Shown piece after piece: positions 25,669 to 33,776 of a stretch of 33,776 nucleotides of DNA. Within the stretch, counting starts at the first letter, position 1. Every line of letters begins with the position of its first letter. The notes below the pieces were generated by a model. It was not told the origin of the DNA. It worked only from the letters and a program-made list of their open reading frames with translations, and did not search any database. Position numbers and translations under genes: made by a program. The DNA is from a virus (lineage: Duplodnaviria > Caudoviricetes), in IMG/VR virus record IMGVR_UViG_3300036779_000276, positions 1 to 33,776 of that record; one strand, written 5' to 3'.

Positions 25669-25726
25669 CCATTATTCCGTTTTCAACCAGTGTAACAGCG
25701 TTTCACCTACAGAAAAGAGGGAATGA

Positions 25727-26044
25727 ATGAATCCGTGCACATCATCAAACGCCTCCTCATCCATAAAACGGGCTTTGCGTGTCATGAAAGCATTGAAGGG
25801 GCACTCCCTGAGTGGAGTTTCTAACGGTGAACTGGCCGAAGCTCTGCATGAGTCACCAGCCAATATCAGCCGCACCCTTAACACTCTGGTCGAAGAAGGG
25901 ATGGCTCAACGCCTGGAGTCTGGCCGGTATGCCCCAGGCATGCAGCTGTTGCAGATTGCCCAGTCATTTGCCAGTGAAATGGCCGCGACCCAGACCAGAA
26001 TTGCTGAAATGAACCAACGTGTGCTGAGCGGCAGCAGAAATTAA
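25727..26044 (+). CDS. IclR-type HTH protein
   Basis: 'RALRVMKAL...GVSNGELAEALHESPANISRTLNTLVEEG...GRY' winged HTH. Confidence 0.85.
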   Translation: MNPCTSSNASSSIKRALRVMKALKGHSLSGVSNGELAEALHESPANISRTLNTLVEEGMAQRLESGRYAPGMQLLQIAQSFASEMAATQTRIAEMNQRVLSGSRN

Positions 26045-26055
26045 GGAGTTATTCA

Positions 26056-27000
26056 ATGGCGCGTCCAAAAAATACCACTTCCACAACGATTATCGAAGAT
26101 GTGCAGCTTGCTGGAGATCTTACTGCCAACCTGAACACCTTGTCGGTACTGCAGGCTGAATACAACGATGAGCGAGATTTGCTCAATCAGCTATTAGGGC
26201 AGGCACAAATGGCGGAGGCTTTTGGTAAATTTTCCCAAACCGTTTGGAGTTCGAAACTGTCCTTTGTAAAGGAAAGTAAGCTTTACCAGTCACTTAAGGG
26301 TAAGAGGACTCCAAACGGTTTGGAGTTGAGTGGCACATGGGCTGAGTTTTGTAGCTTACTAGGAGTTTCTGATGAAAAGGCAAATCAAGATATTGCTAAT
26401 TTGCATGCCTTCGGCGAAGAGGCCCTGGAATCCATGTCCCGCATGGGTATCGGCTATCGCGAGCTGCGTCAGTTTCGCCGCCTGCCTGAAGACCAGAAAA
26501 GCGCGCTTATTGAGGTCGCCAGAGATGGCGATAAAACGGCACTGCTGGAACTGGCCGAAGAGATGATCGCCAGGCACGCTAAAGAGAAAGAAAACCTCAA
26601 AACAGATCTCGAAATCAGCCGTCAGACGCTGGCCGAAAAGAAAAACGAGATCAATGTTCTCAAGGACCAGACAGACGAGCTGAAGGCCAGGCTGACGCGC
26701 CGCGCCACAACCGAGACGCCGGATGAAGAAGGTATGGCCCTTGAAACAGAAGCGACTGGCTTCAAAAGCGGTGTGCTCAGCGCCCTGTTAAACCTGAAAT
26801 GTGGATTTGACGCGCTGGCAGCACATGAAGAGCGCACCGGAATAAACCATACGCCGCTTATGGCCGGGTTACTGGATGATGTTGAGGCGCGTGTAATCGA
26901 CCTGCGTCAGCTGTTTGACCTGCCGGAGTTCCGCGAAATCAACACCATTTCTGACTGGGCGAAAGACGCCATAGATAGCGACAGCGGATTACAACCATGA
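26056..27000 (+). CDS. Conserved transposable-phage early protein (DUF3102-like)
   Basis: 'GTWAEFCSLLGVS' segment plus coiled coil; directly precedes the transposase with ATGA overlap. Confidence 0.75.
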   Translation: MARPKNTTSTTIIEDVQLAGDLTANLNTLSVLQAEYNDERDLLNQLLGQAQMAEAFGKFSQTVWSSKLSFVKESKLYQSLKGKRTPNGLELSGTWAEFCSLLGVSDEKANQDIANLHAFGEEALESMSRMGIGYRELRQFRRLPEDQKSALIEVARDGDKTALLELAEEMIARHAKEKENLKTDLEISRQTLAEKKNEINVLKDQTDELKARLTRRATTETPDEEGMALETEATGFKSGVLSALLNLKCGFDALAAHEERTGINHTPLMAGLLDDVEARVIDLRQLFDLPEFREINTISDWAKDAIDSDSGLQP

Positions 27001-28793
27001 ATCCGGTGCTGACGCTACGGCTCGTCAGCATAGCCGCCGCTGCTGACGCAGCCGGACACGGTGAAAAAGAGGCGGTATACCAGGCGGCATGTGACGAACT
27101 GCAGGTGTCACGCGCCACGTTATTGAAAAAGCTGAAGGGGGTGCGGGTGAGTAAACCACGCAAACGTCGTTCCGACACGGGTAAAACCACGTTGACTCAC
27201 GATGAGATGCTGGCCATCTCAGGTGTATGGCTGGCCTCTCCCCGCCCCGGCAACGGTAAAAAAGGCTTTAGCCTGGAGGATATTGTGAATGGATTACGTG
27301 ATAACGGCCTGATTATTGCCGGACGCAATGACACGGATACCGGGGAGTTTTTCCCACTGTCCGTTGACGCCATCAGCCGTGCCCTCAGACAGCACCACCT
27401 GCATCCTGACCAGCTGCGTGCCCCGGCCCCCGCGCTGGAACTGGCCAGCCTGCACCCTAATCATGTCTGGCAGCTGGATGCGTCCATTTGCGTGCTTTAT
27501 TACCTGAAAAACCCGGCCAGGAAGGTGAAGGGAGATACCGGCCTGCGTGTTATGAGCGCGGCGGAGTTCAACAAAAACAAACCGCGCAACCTTGACCGTA
27601 TTGTCAATGATCGCGTGTGGTCATTTGAGATAACCGACCATACCACTGGCTGGATTTACGTTGAATACCGTTTCGGCGGCGAGAGTGCGATCAACTTTCT
27701 TGAGGTGATGATAAATGCGATGCAGGAGCGCGACAGCGCCGATGTATTGCACGGTGTACCGCAGATTTTGTTTACCGACCCCGGTTCAGCGCTGGTCTCC
27801 GCTTCACTGCTTAATATGTGCCGGGGAATGGGTATTCAGACCCTCCGGCATAGAGCGCACAACGCCCGCGCCACCGGTTCTGTTGAAAAAGCCCGCGATA
27901 TTATTGAGCGCAAATTCGAGGGTGGCCTGCGTTTTGTCCACGTTAACGATATTGATGAACTGAACCGACTGGCGCGGCTCTGGCGCATGAAGTTCAACCG
28001 CACAGCAGTACACAGCCGCCACGGAATGTCGCGCACCGATGCCTGGCTGAAAATCACGGAAGCGCAGCTGGTTAAGGCTCCCGTTCCCGAAATCTGCCGG
28101 GAGCTGGCCGTTATGGCACCGGAAGAGCGCACCGTCACCGGTAAGCTGCGCGTCACTTTCCGGGGGAAAGAGTTTGATGTTTCCGGTGTCCCGGATGTTT
28201 ACGTCGGCGATAAAGTGCTGGTTGCCCGCAACCCGTGGTCAGACATCGAGGCGCGGGTGGTCACCGTCAATGATGAAGGCTTTGAGAGCTTCCATATTAT
28301 CCACGCCGTACAGAAAGACGAATTGTGGCAGTACAGCACCCGTGCGCCGGTCATTGGTGAGGAATATCGCCAGCTGCCACAGACCATCACGCAGAATAAC
28401 CGGGACGAAGTGGAACAGCTTACCTGGGGAACCGCCAGCAGGGAAGAAACCGACGCGGCGAAGAAAAACAAGGCCCTGCCGTTCGATGGACGTTTCAACC
28501 CTTATCTGGATATCGAGCGTGACGATCATCCTGCTTATCTGCCAAAACGCGGGCAGGCGTCAGACGTGCGCGGGCCACGTATTGAGCAGCGTCCGCTGAC
28601 CCATGTGGAGGCCGCGAAAGCCCTGCGCGAGAAGTTCAGCGCTGACGGCCATACCTGGACGCCGGAACATTACCGCCAGTTAACTGCGCAGTACCCGGAA
28701 GGCGTACCGGAAACTGCGCTGGATGAGGTGATGGTCACCCTGACCACTCCGACCCGCAGCAGCGTTATCAGCAGCATCGTTAACGGCAACTGA
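26997..28793 (+). CDS. DDE transposase (MuA-equivalent, integrase core)
   Basis: Catalytic triad in 'WQLDAS', 'LFTDPGS' and 'GSVEK'; N-terminal HTH. Confidence 0.94.
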   Translation: MNPVLTLRLVSIAAAADAAGHGEKEAVYQAACDELQVSRATLLKKLKGVRVSKPRKRRSDTGKTTLTHDEMLAISGVWLASPRPGNGKKGFSLEDIVNGLRDNGLIIAGRNDTDTGEFFPLSVDAISRALRQHHLHPDQLRAPAPALELASLHPNHVWQLDASICVLYYLKNPARKVKGDTGLRVMSAAEFNKNKPRNLDRIVNDRVWSFEITDHTTGWIYVEYRFGGESAINFLEVMINAMQERDSADVLHGVPQILFTDPGSALVSASLLNMCRGMGIQTLRHRAHNARATGSVEKARDIIERKFEGGLRFVHVNDIDELNRLARLWRMKFNRTAVHSRHGMSRTDAWLKITEAQLVKAPVPEICRELAVMAPEERTVTGKLRVTFRGKEFDVSGVPDVYVGDKVLVARNPWSDIEARVVTVNDEGFESFHIIHAVQKDELWQYSTRAPVIGEEYRQLPQTITQNNRDEVEQLTWGTASREETDAAKKNKALPFDGRFNPYLDIERDDHPAYLPKRGQASDVRGPRIEQRPLTHVEAAKALREKFSADGHTWTPEHYRQLTAQYPEGVPETALDEVMVTLTTPTRSSVISSIVNGN

Positions 28794-28802
28794 GGAGGAA
28801 GC

Positions 28803-29963
28803 ATGCTGGTACTCAAGCTTCAACTGAAAGAGGCCCGCATCCCGCAGGCGGTGGTGGCAAGAGCCGTTGCCGTTTCCGAGGCCCTGCTTGCCCAGATTGT
28901 GAACCATGACGCGTGGCCCCGCACCAGCCCGGAGGAAGTGCGCCAGCGTCTGGCGTCTTATCTGGAAAGTCAGGGGATTGATACAGCGAAGAGTTTTGAT
29001 GCTGTACAGGATGAAGTCACCCCGCACCCCGTAGCCAATGCAACCGAGGATGAAAATATGTTACTGACAAAACAAATTCTGCAGCCAGATACCCGAAAAT
29101 GGTTTGGCCTGTTCAGGAACCCTTTCAGCGATACTGCCGTGCAGAGCACTGACGATGTTTTCAGCAGCCGGGATATTCGGTATGTCCGGGAAACTATGTT
29201 CCAGACAGCCACTTACGGGGGCATGCTGGCAGTCTATGGTGAGTCCGGTTCAGGAAAATCCACGCTGCGCCGCGACCTCATTGAGCGCCTGCATCATGAG
29301 GCTCCCGGCACCCTCGTTATCGAACCCTACGTGCTGGCCATGGAGGATAACGATCATGCGGGGAAGACCCTGAAATCCGCCAGTATTGCCGAGGCCATAC
29401 TACGAACCATCGCGCCCAAAGAGCGTGCCAGACTGTCACCCGATGCACGTTTCGCCCAGATACATCAGGCACTCAGGGGGAGTGCGGAGAGTGGTGGCAG
29501 TCACGTTTTAATCATCGAAGAAGCCCACTCACTGCCTGTGCCTACCCTGAAACATCTCAAACGCTTTCTTGAGCTGGATTTCGGGCACAAACGTCTGCTG
29601 TCGATCATTCTGGTCGGCCAGCAGGAGCTGCGGGAAAAACTCAGTGAACGTAACCCTTCGGTACGTGAAGTGGTGCAACGGTGTGAACTTGTGCAACTTC
29701 CGCCCCTTGATAATGACCTTGAAGCGTTCCTGGCATTCAAATTCAGCCGGGCGGGTAAGCCTGCAGGCGAGGTGATTGATGAATCAGGGATACAGGCCAT
29801 ACGGGGACGCCTGACTTACCGCTACGGAACAAAGGACAGCATCAGTCTGCTATACCCACTGGCCGTGGGTAATCTGGTGACTGCTGCCATGAATGAGGCC
29901 GCCGGTCTTGGCGTGCCGGTTATCAACGCAGATATCGTTAACAGTGTGGGGAAACAGCAATGA
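28803..29963 (+). CDS. Transposition ATPase (MuB-equivalent, ExeA-like AAA)
   Basis: N-terminal HTH, Walker A 'GESGSGKS', Walker B 'LIIEEAH', 'ILVGQ'. Confidence 0.93.
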   Translation: MLVLKLQLKEARIPQAVVARAVAVSEALLAQIVNHDAWPRTSPEEVRQRLASYLESQGIDTAKSFDAVQDEVTPHPVANATEDENMLLTKQILQPDTRKWFGLFRNPFSDTAVQSTDDVFSSRDIRYVRETMFQTATYGGMLAVYGESGSGKSTLRRDLIERLHHEAPGTLVIEPYVLAMEDNDHAGKTLKSASIAEAILRTIAPKERARLSPDARFAQIHQALRGSAESGGSHVLIIEEAHSLPVPTLKHLKRFLELDFGHKRLLSIILVGQQELREKLSERNPSVREVVQRCELVQLPPLDNDLEAFLAFKFSRAGKPAGEVIDESGIQAIRGRLTYRYGTKDSISLLYPLAVGNLVTAAMNEAAGLGVPVINADIVNSVGKQQ

Positions 29964-30223
29964 AAAATATACAAATAAAAGAAACACAATCACGCAGGGT
30001 GCACCTCCGTTACAGGGAGATAAATATCTGCCTGCATTTTATTGATGATTATTCAGCATGCGTCAGCGGACGCAACCCTCGCTGGCTGGTCAGGTTATTG
30101 CCGCACCAACGTTGTGCCCGCCAGCAGAGGCCGTTGAGCAATACTGACCGGTTCTTTTTAAGCCAGCTCCTGCCGCAGCTTATTTCTGGAGAGTGGTGCG
30201 AATTAACATTCACAATCCGCTGA
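29960..30223 (+). CDS. Hypothetical early protein
   Basis: ATGA coupling to the ATPase gene; fills the operon. Confidence 0.65.
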   Translation: MKNIQIKETQSRRVHLRYREINICLHFIDDYSACVSGRNPRWLVRLLPHQRCARQQRPLSNTDRFFLSQLLPQLISGEWCELTFTIR

Positions 30224-30237
30224 TAAGGATAACTATT

Positions 30238-30507
30238 ATGAAATCAATCATCGATATCAACCAGCAGATGAACAGGGTGCAGTCCGCCATTATGGCGCTC
30301 AACGCCATGAATACCACCGTTCAGAGCGTCATGATTGCTGGCAGTAAGCCGGTTATCCGTATCACCCGCAACGGCCACTGTGCCCGCCTGCTGGCGCAGG
30401 GTAAAGCGAGTTATACCCATGTTGGCCATGACGGTTCAGGGCGCTTCCGCCAGGGCGTTTTTGAATTGCATGGCTGCCGTATTACCTGGTCAGAGTCATT
30501 ACATTAA
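30238..30507 (+). CDS. Hypothetical early protein
   Basis: ATG 30238 behind a TAAGGA RBS; ends 'GCRITWSESLH'. Confidence 0.75.
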   Translation: MKSIIDINQQMNRVQSAIMALNAMNTTVQSVMIAGSKPVIRITRNGHCARLLAQGKASYTHVGHDGSGRFRQGVFELHGCRITWSESLH

Positions 30508-30589
30508 CCATGAGGTGAGCCGAGATGAGCGAAGTAAATAATCAGATTCAGTCAGATAACTGCCGGATAAGCCGGGAGGTCAGATAGCG

Positions 30590-30808
30590 ATGGCGATAAA
30601 AATTGAGGCACAGTTACAGATTTTACCCGACGGCATTGACCTGAAACTACTGGAAGACATGACCGACGATATCACTGAGGGTGAGCTGAATATTCTCAAT
30701 AAATTAAAACCCGCGTTTCGCAACTTCATTATTGCGGAACTGGAGCTCAACGGCATTATTATCACAGCGACATATAAAGATAACAGCACGGTAAAATCAC
30801 TTCACTGA
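30590..30808 (+). CDS. Hypothetical early protein
   Basis: GGAGG RBS; in-operon position before gam. Confidence 0.7.
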   Translation: MAIKIEAQLQILPDGIDLKLLEDMTDDITEGELNILNKLKPAFRNFIIAELELNGIIITATYKDNSTVKSLH

Positions 30809-30821
30809 GAAGGTTTAAAAA

Positions 30822-31343
30822 ATGGCTAAAAATTTAACGCGGCTAAAAGCTGCGGCGGCTCCCTACGTCCCGCAGTCACGCGAACAGGTTATTGACGATA
30901 TTAAACAAATCGGCGATATACAGCGCGAACTGACCCGGATTGAAACGGAGATTAATGACCGCATCGCGGTGCTGACTAATAAGCACACACCGGAAATAGA
31001 GGCGATGAAAGCCCGGCAGGCCTCTTTGCAGAAGGGCGTACAGACCTGGTGCGAAGCGCACCGTACCGACATAACTGACGGCAATAAGACCAGGACGGTG
31101 AAGTTTAATACCGGCGAAGTGGCCTGGCGGAGGCGTCCCACCTCTGTGACGATAAAAGGCACTGATGTTGTGCTGAAGGCGTTAAAAACACTCAGGCTTG
31201 ACCGCTTTATTCGTATTAAAGAAGAAATTAATAAAGACGCTATTCTGGCTGACAAAGAAGCAGTGAAAGATATTAAAGGAATAACCTTTAATAAAGATAA
31301 AGAAGATTTTTCAATTACGCCGTTTGAACAGGAGATCCAGTGA
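30822..31343 (+). CDS. gam: Host-nuclease inhibitor Gam (Ku-like DNA end protection)
   Basis: 'GVQTWCEAHR...KTRTVKFNTGEVAWR.RP.SV...FIRIKEEINKDAIL...EDFSITPFE' matches Mu Gam. Confidence 0.93.
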   Translation: MAKNLTRLKAAAAPYVPQSREQVIDDIKQIGDIQRELTRIETEINDRIAVLTNKHTPEIEAMKARQASLQKGVQTWCEAHRTDITDGNKTRTVKFNTGEVAWRRRPTSVTIKGTDVVLKALKTLRLDRFIRIKEEINKDAILADKEAVKDIKGITFNKDKEDFSITPFEQEIQ

Positions 31344-31534
31344 TGGCTATTAATTGCATGCAGTGCCGGCAACCGGTGGCACAACTGAATCTGAAACAGG
31401 CAAATGTTTTGCAGACGCCTGAGTTCAGCGACTGGATTGTAGATATTATTCTTGTCTGCCCTCATTGCCGTCAGCAATACGGGATAACGGTTCCTGCTGG
31501 CGAACTCCGGCCAATGGAGGCTGCCCATGGATAA
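31340..31534 (+). CDS. Small zinc-ribbon protein (CxxC...CxxC)
   Basis: CMQC and CPHC pairs; overlaps both neighbours. Confidence 0.72.
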   Translation: MMAINCMQCRQPVAQLNLKQANVLQTPEFSDWIVDIILVCPHCRQQYGITVPAGELRPMEAAHG

Positions 31535-31805
31535 GGCGGCTTTGTATCAGCAGGCCCTGCGGGTATGGGATTATGACCAGCAATTGTGCAGGCTGGGTGA
31601 AAAGGCCAGCGAGCTGGCTGCGGAATCCTGCCGCATGTTAAATCATCAAAGTCCTGAGCGCCGCCTGGCCAGCGTAATGGCCGATGTGGAGATTATCATC
31701 GAGCAATTCCGCCACAACGGGCTGGCCGGGTTAATTGATTATCAGAAGCAGCAAACGCTGGAACGGCTGGCGCAACGTATGGGGGGAACTTATGTCGCAC
31801 AATAA
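31527..31805 (+). CDS. MazG-like all-alpha NTP pyrophosphohydrolase-fold protein, apparently degenerate
   Basis: 'LGEKASEL...SVMADVEIIIEQ' resembles EExxEL...ExADV; GGAGG RBS. Confidence 0.6.
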   Translation: MDKAALYQQALRVWDYDQQLCRLGEKASELAAESCRMLNHQSPERRLASVMADVEIIIEQFRHNGLAGLIDYQKQQTLERLAQRMGGTYVAQ

Positions 31806-32481
31806 TGAAAAGATTCTGGATAAACTAAAGAAACTCCTGTCGCTGTCAAAATCCGATAATCCCCATGAGGCAGCACTGGCCCTGCAAAGGGCCAGAAAGC
31901 TGATGGATACCTTCGGTATTACGGCTGACGATATCGTGCTTAACGATATTGGCGAAGAAATAAGTGATTACTGGCCAACGGGAACCGTTAAACCGCCCCG
32001 TTATATGCTGGGGCTGCTTACCATCATCCAGGACGCCTTTGGCGTCAAATCCCTTATTTTGCAGGGCCTGAATAATCGGGTCAGCTTCTATGGTCTGAAA
32101 GAGCGAACCGCGCTGGCGGCGTACACGTATAACGTTCTGGGGCGTCAGCTCATTCGGGCACGTCGTGACTACATTGGCCAGCAGAGCAAACGGATTAAAA
32201 CCAGCACCAAAAGCCGTCGCAGCGATAAGTTCGCTGAGGGCTGGATTATTGCTGTACTGGGGGAAATCGAAAAGCTGGCGATGACTGCCCACGAAGAAGC
32301 GCTCTGCCAGCGGTGGCTGGAGAGAAAATACACACGTTGCGAAAGCATCTCCGGGCGTGATGCACAGAATGTGCGTGGTGCCGATAAGGCGCTTAACCAG
32401 GGGTATCAGGAGGGGCGGCAGGTTCAGTTGCATCAGCCGGTATCCGGGCAGGAACAGCTAAAGACTGGCGGTGCATCATGA
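31792..32481 (+). CDS. DUF2786-domain protein
   Basis: 'KILDKLKKLLSLSKSDNPHEAALALQRARKLM' signature; start reset to ATG 31792. Confidence 0.85.
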   Translation: MSHNNEKILDKLKKLLSLSKSDNPHEAALALQRARKLMDTFGITADDIVLNDIGEEISDYWPTGTVKPPRYMLGLLTIIQDAFGVKSLILQGLNNRVSFYGLKERTALAAYTYNVLGRQLIRARRDYIGQQSKRIKTSTKSRRSDKFAEGWIIAVLGEIEKLAMTAHEEALCQRWLERKYTRCESISGRDAQNVRGADKALNQGYQEGRQVQLHQPVSGQEQLKTGGAS

Positions 32482-32570
32482 TGATGGAATATTTTGTCCC
32501 GGGTGCATTCTGGTACGGTTTCGTCGGCTTCGCTGGACTGCCGGGCAATGGGGACGATATCGATGACTAA
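32478..32570 (+). CDS. 30-aa mini-ORF, possibly a gene remnant
   Basis: MMMEYFVPGAFWYGFVGFAGLPGNGDDIDD*; overlaps the upstream stop (ATGA) and the downstream start. Confidence 0.5.
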   Translation: MMMEYFVPGAFWYGFVGFAGLPGNGDDIDD

Positions 32571-32988
32571 ACAACAATTAACCCGGCTAATTCATATCGC
32601 CCGCAATAACCTGAAAATGGACGAAGATACTTACCGCCAGATGTTGCAGGGACTGACTGGCACGGCTTCAACCAGGGGGATGGATATCCCCCAGCTCACT
32701 CAGGTGCTGGAGTCCATGAAAAAGAAAGGGTTTCGGATTAAACCTGCCGGGAAAGTGAAACCAGGTCTTCCGCTGGATAACCATCCGCAGTCGAAGAAAA
32801 TTCGGGCGCTGTGGCTTGAAATGGCTGCTGCTGGCATCGTCCGTGACAGCTCTGAACAGGCTCTGGCGCTCTGGATTCACCGGGAGACAGGTATCAGCGC
32901 ACTACGCTGGCTCAGTAATGAGGAAGCCAGTAGCGTGATCGAGAAACTGAAAAAATGGCAGCACAGGGTAACGAGGGTAAAACAATGA
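32563..32988 (+). CDS. gemA: Mu gp16/GemA family protein (DUF1018)
   Basis: 'LIHIARNNLKMDEDTYRQML..TG..S...KKIRALWLEM...VIEKLKKW'; start reset to ATG 32563. Confidence 0.88.
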   Translation: MTKQQLTRLIHIARNNLKMDEDTYRQMLQGLTGTASTRGMDIPQLTQVLESMKKKGFRIKPAGKVKPGLPLDNHPQSKKIRALWLEMAAAGIVRDSSEQALALWIHRETGISALRWLSNEEASSVIEKLKKWQHRVTRVKQ

Positions 32989-33371
32989 GCGACATGAGCC
33001 AGTTTCGTAGTAAGGGGCCAGAGCTGCTGCTAGAACTGGCGCAGCACACCTCAGAGACCGTCCGCGAGATTATTGATATTGACCCTGCTTTTGCCGACCA
33101 GATTGGCCAGGCGGTCGCAAACCGCATGATGCAGGTCTGGGGCGGGCAAAACGTCTATTTCCCGATGGGGATGGTCTGGCGAGTCAGCCAGCGCGACCGG
33201 GAAATTTTTCAGGCGTTCGACGGCCGCAATCACCACGAGCTGGCCCGGAAGTTCGGCGTCTCGCTGCAGTGGATCTACAGCGTGGTGAAACGGGTCAGAA
33301 AAGAAGAACTGGATCGGATGCAGGGGAAACTGTTTAATAGTGAGCCTGGTGATGAGGAGTCATCGCGGTAA
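32985..33371 (+). CDS. Mor/C-family transcriptional activator
   Basis: 'WGGQNVYFP...RDREIFQAFDGRNHHELARKFGVSLQWIYSVVKR'; last early gene. Confidence 0.93.
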   Translation: MSDMSQFRSKGPELLLELAQHTSETVREIIDIDPAFADQIGQAVANRMMQVWGGQNVYFPMGMVWRVSQRDREIFQAFDGRNHHELARKFGVSLQWIYSVVKRVRKEELDRMQGKLFNSEPGDEESSR

Positions 33372-33425
33372 ATAGCCAATGCCAACGCTTGTTAAAGTAC
33401 TTTCAAAAATCCTCGAAATTCTGAC

Positions 33426-33456
33426 AGCACGGTAGACCCTTCACCGTGCTTTTTTT
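33426..33456 (+). terminator. Intrinsic terminator of the early operon
   Basis: AGCACGGT/ACCGTGCT stem followed by TTTTTT. Confidence 0.8.
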
Positions 33457-33497
33457 ATTCTTACAGCATACACAGTTATCCCTAAAGGAAAATACTC

Positions 33498-33776
33498 ATG
33501 TTTGATGTGTCGCTGTTGAATTTGCCCTGGGCGACCCTGGTTACCCTCGCCTGTGGCTATATAGGCTATTTCATTGCGAACGTGGGGCTGAACGAGCATC
33601 ACAGACCGATCGACGTCATGTTTTCCACACTGGTTTTTGGGCTGCTGGCGTCGCTGTTCTACAGTCTGACGCTTCACCTGTACGTCGGTCACTTTCAGCA
33701 GTATCTGGCCACTTTCTCTGCGCTAGCCTTTGGTGCTGGCTCAGGCGCATTCTGGTGCAAATACGCCCGCAAGTGA
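33498..33776 (+). CDS. Multi-pass membrane protein, possibly truncated
   Basis: AAGGA RBS; three hydrophobic segments; stop falls directly after the last TM helix. Confidence 0.7.
   Translation: MFDVSLLNLPWATLVTLACGYIGYFIANVGLNEHHRPIDVMFSTLVFGLLASLFYSLTLHLYVGHFQQYLATFSALAFGAGSGAFWCKYARK

Larger units (their letters stand above)
1..33371. mobile_element. Mu-like transposable prophage (B3/BcepMu-type organisation); ends not visible in window
   Basis: DDE transposase, MuB-like ATPase, Gam, GemA, Mor and Mu F/G/I head genes, with a contiguous head-tail-lysis module transcribed divergently from the early operon. Confidence 0.96.

Noticed and set aside
31340-31534. Zinc-ribbon ORF as a Com translational activator
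   Set aside because: Spacing between the Cys pairs is much longer than in Mu Com, and it is not adjacent to the modification gene
33372-33497. Possible right end of the prophage
   Set aside because: No convincing repeated transposase-binding sites, and no left end is available for comparison
1-33776. CRISPR array, tRNA/rRNA genes, IS elements, reverse transcriptase/DGR, invertase
   Set aside because: None recognisable by eye; the window is almost fully occupied by phage CDSs

Overview
The whole window is most of one transposable (Mu-like) prophage with a B3/BcepMu-type layout, probably from an enterobacterial host. Positions 1-22.8 kb are a leftward late region: holin, SLT endolysin, spanins, terminase, portal, Mu-like F/G/I head genes, capsid, and a P2-like contractile tail and baseplate ending in the tail fibre and its chaperone. 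The centre holds a DNA adenine methyltransferase, an accessory membrane protein and the repressor. Positions 25.5-33.4 kb are a rightward early operon: Ner-like regulator, DDE transposase, AAA ATPase, Gam, GemA and a Mor/C activator. Neither prophage end is recognisable. The most striking unexplained signal is a 14-residue motif, Q-x-FHG-x-x-G-x-V-x-x-GD. It is shared by the C-terminal tail of the peptidase-less repressor and the N-terminus of the membrane protein encoded directly downstream, and it is conserved at protein but not codon level. This arrangement resembles amyloid/RHIM-like signalling pairs and suggests a membrane-sensor-to-repressor switch (inference). Other signals are four late promoters with identical spacing (TTAA-N6-TTAA-N23 to the -10), a +1/-2 frameshifted tail chaperone, an embedded o-spanin, and a structured leader upstream of the methylase. 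Product calls come from motif recognition and gene order only; no database searches were run.
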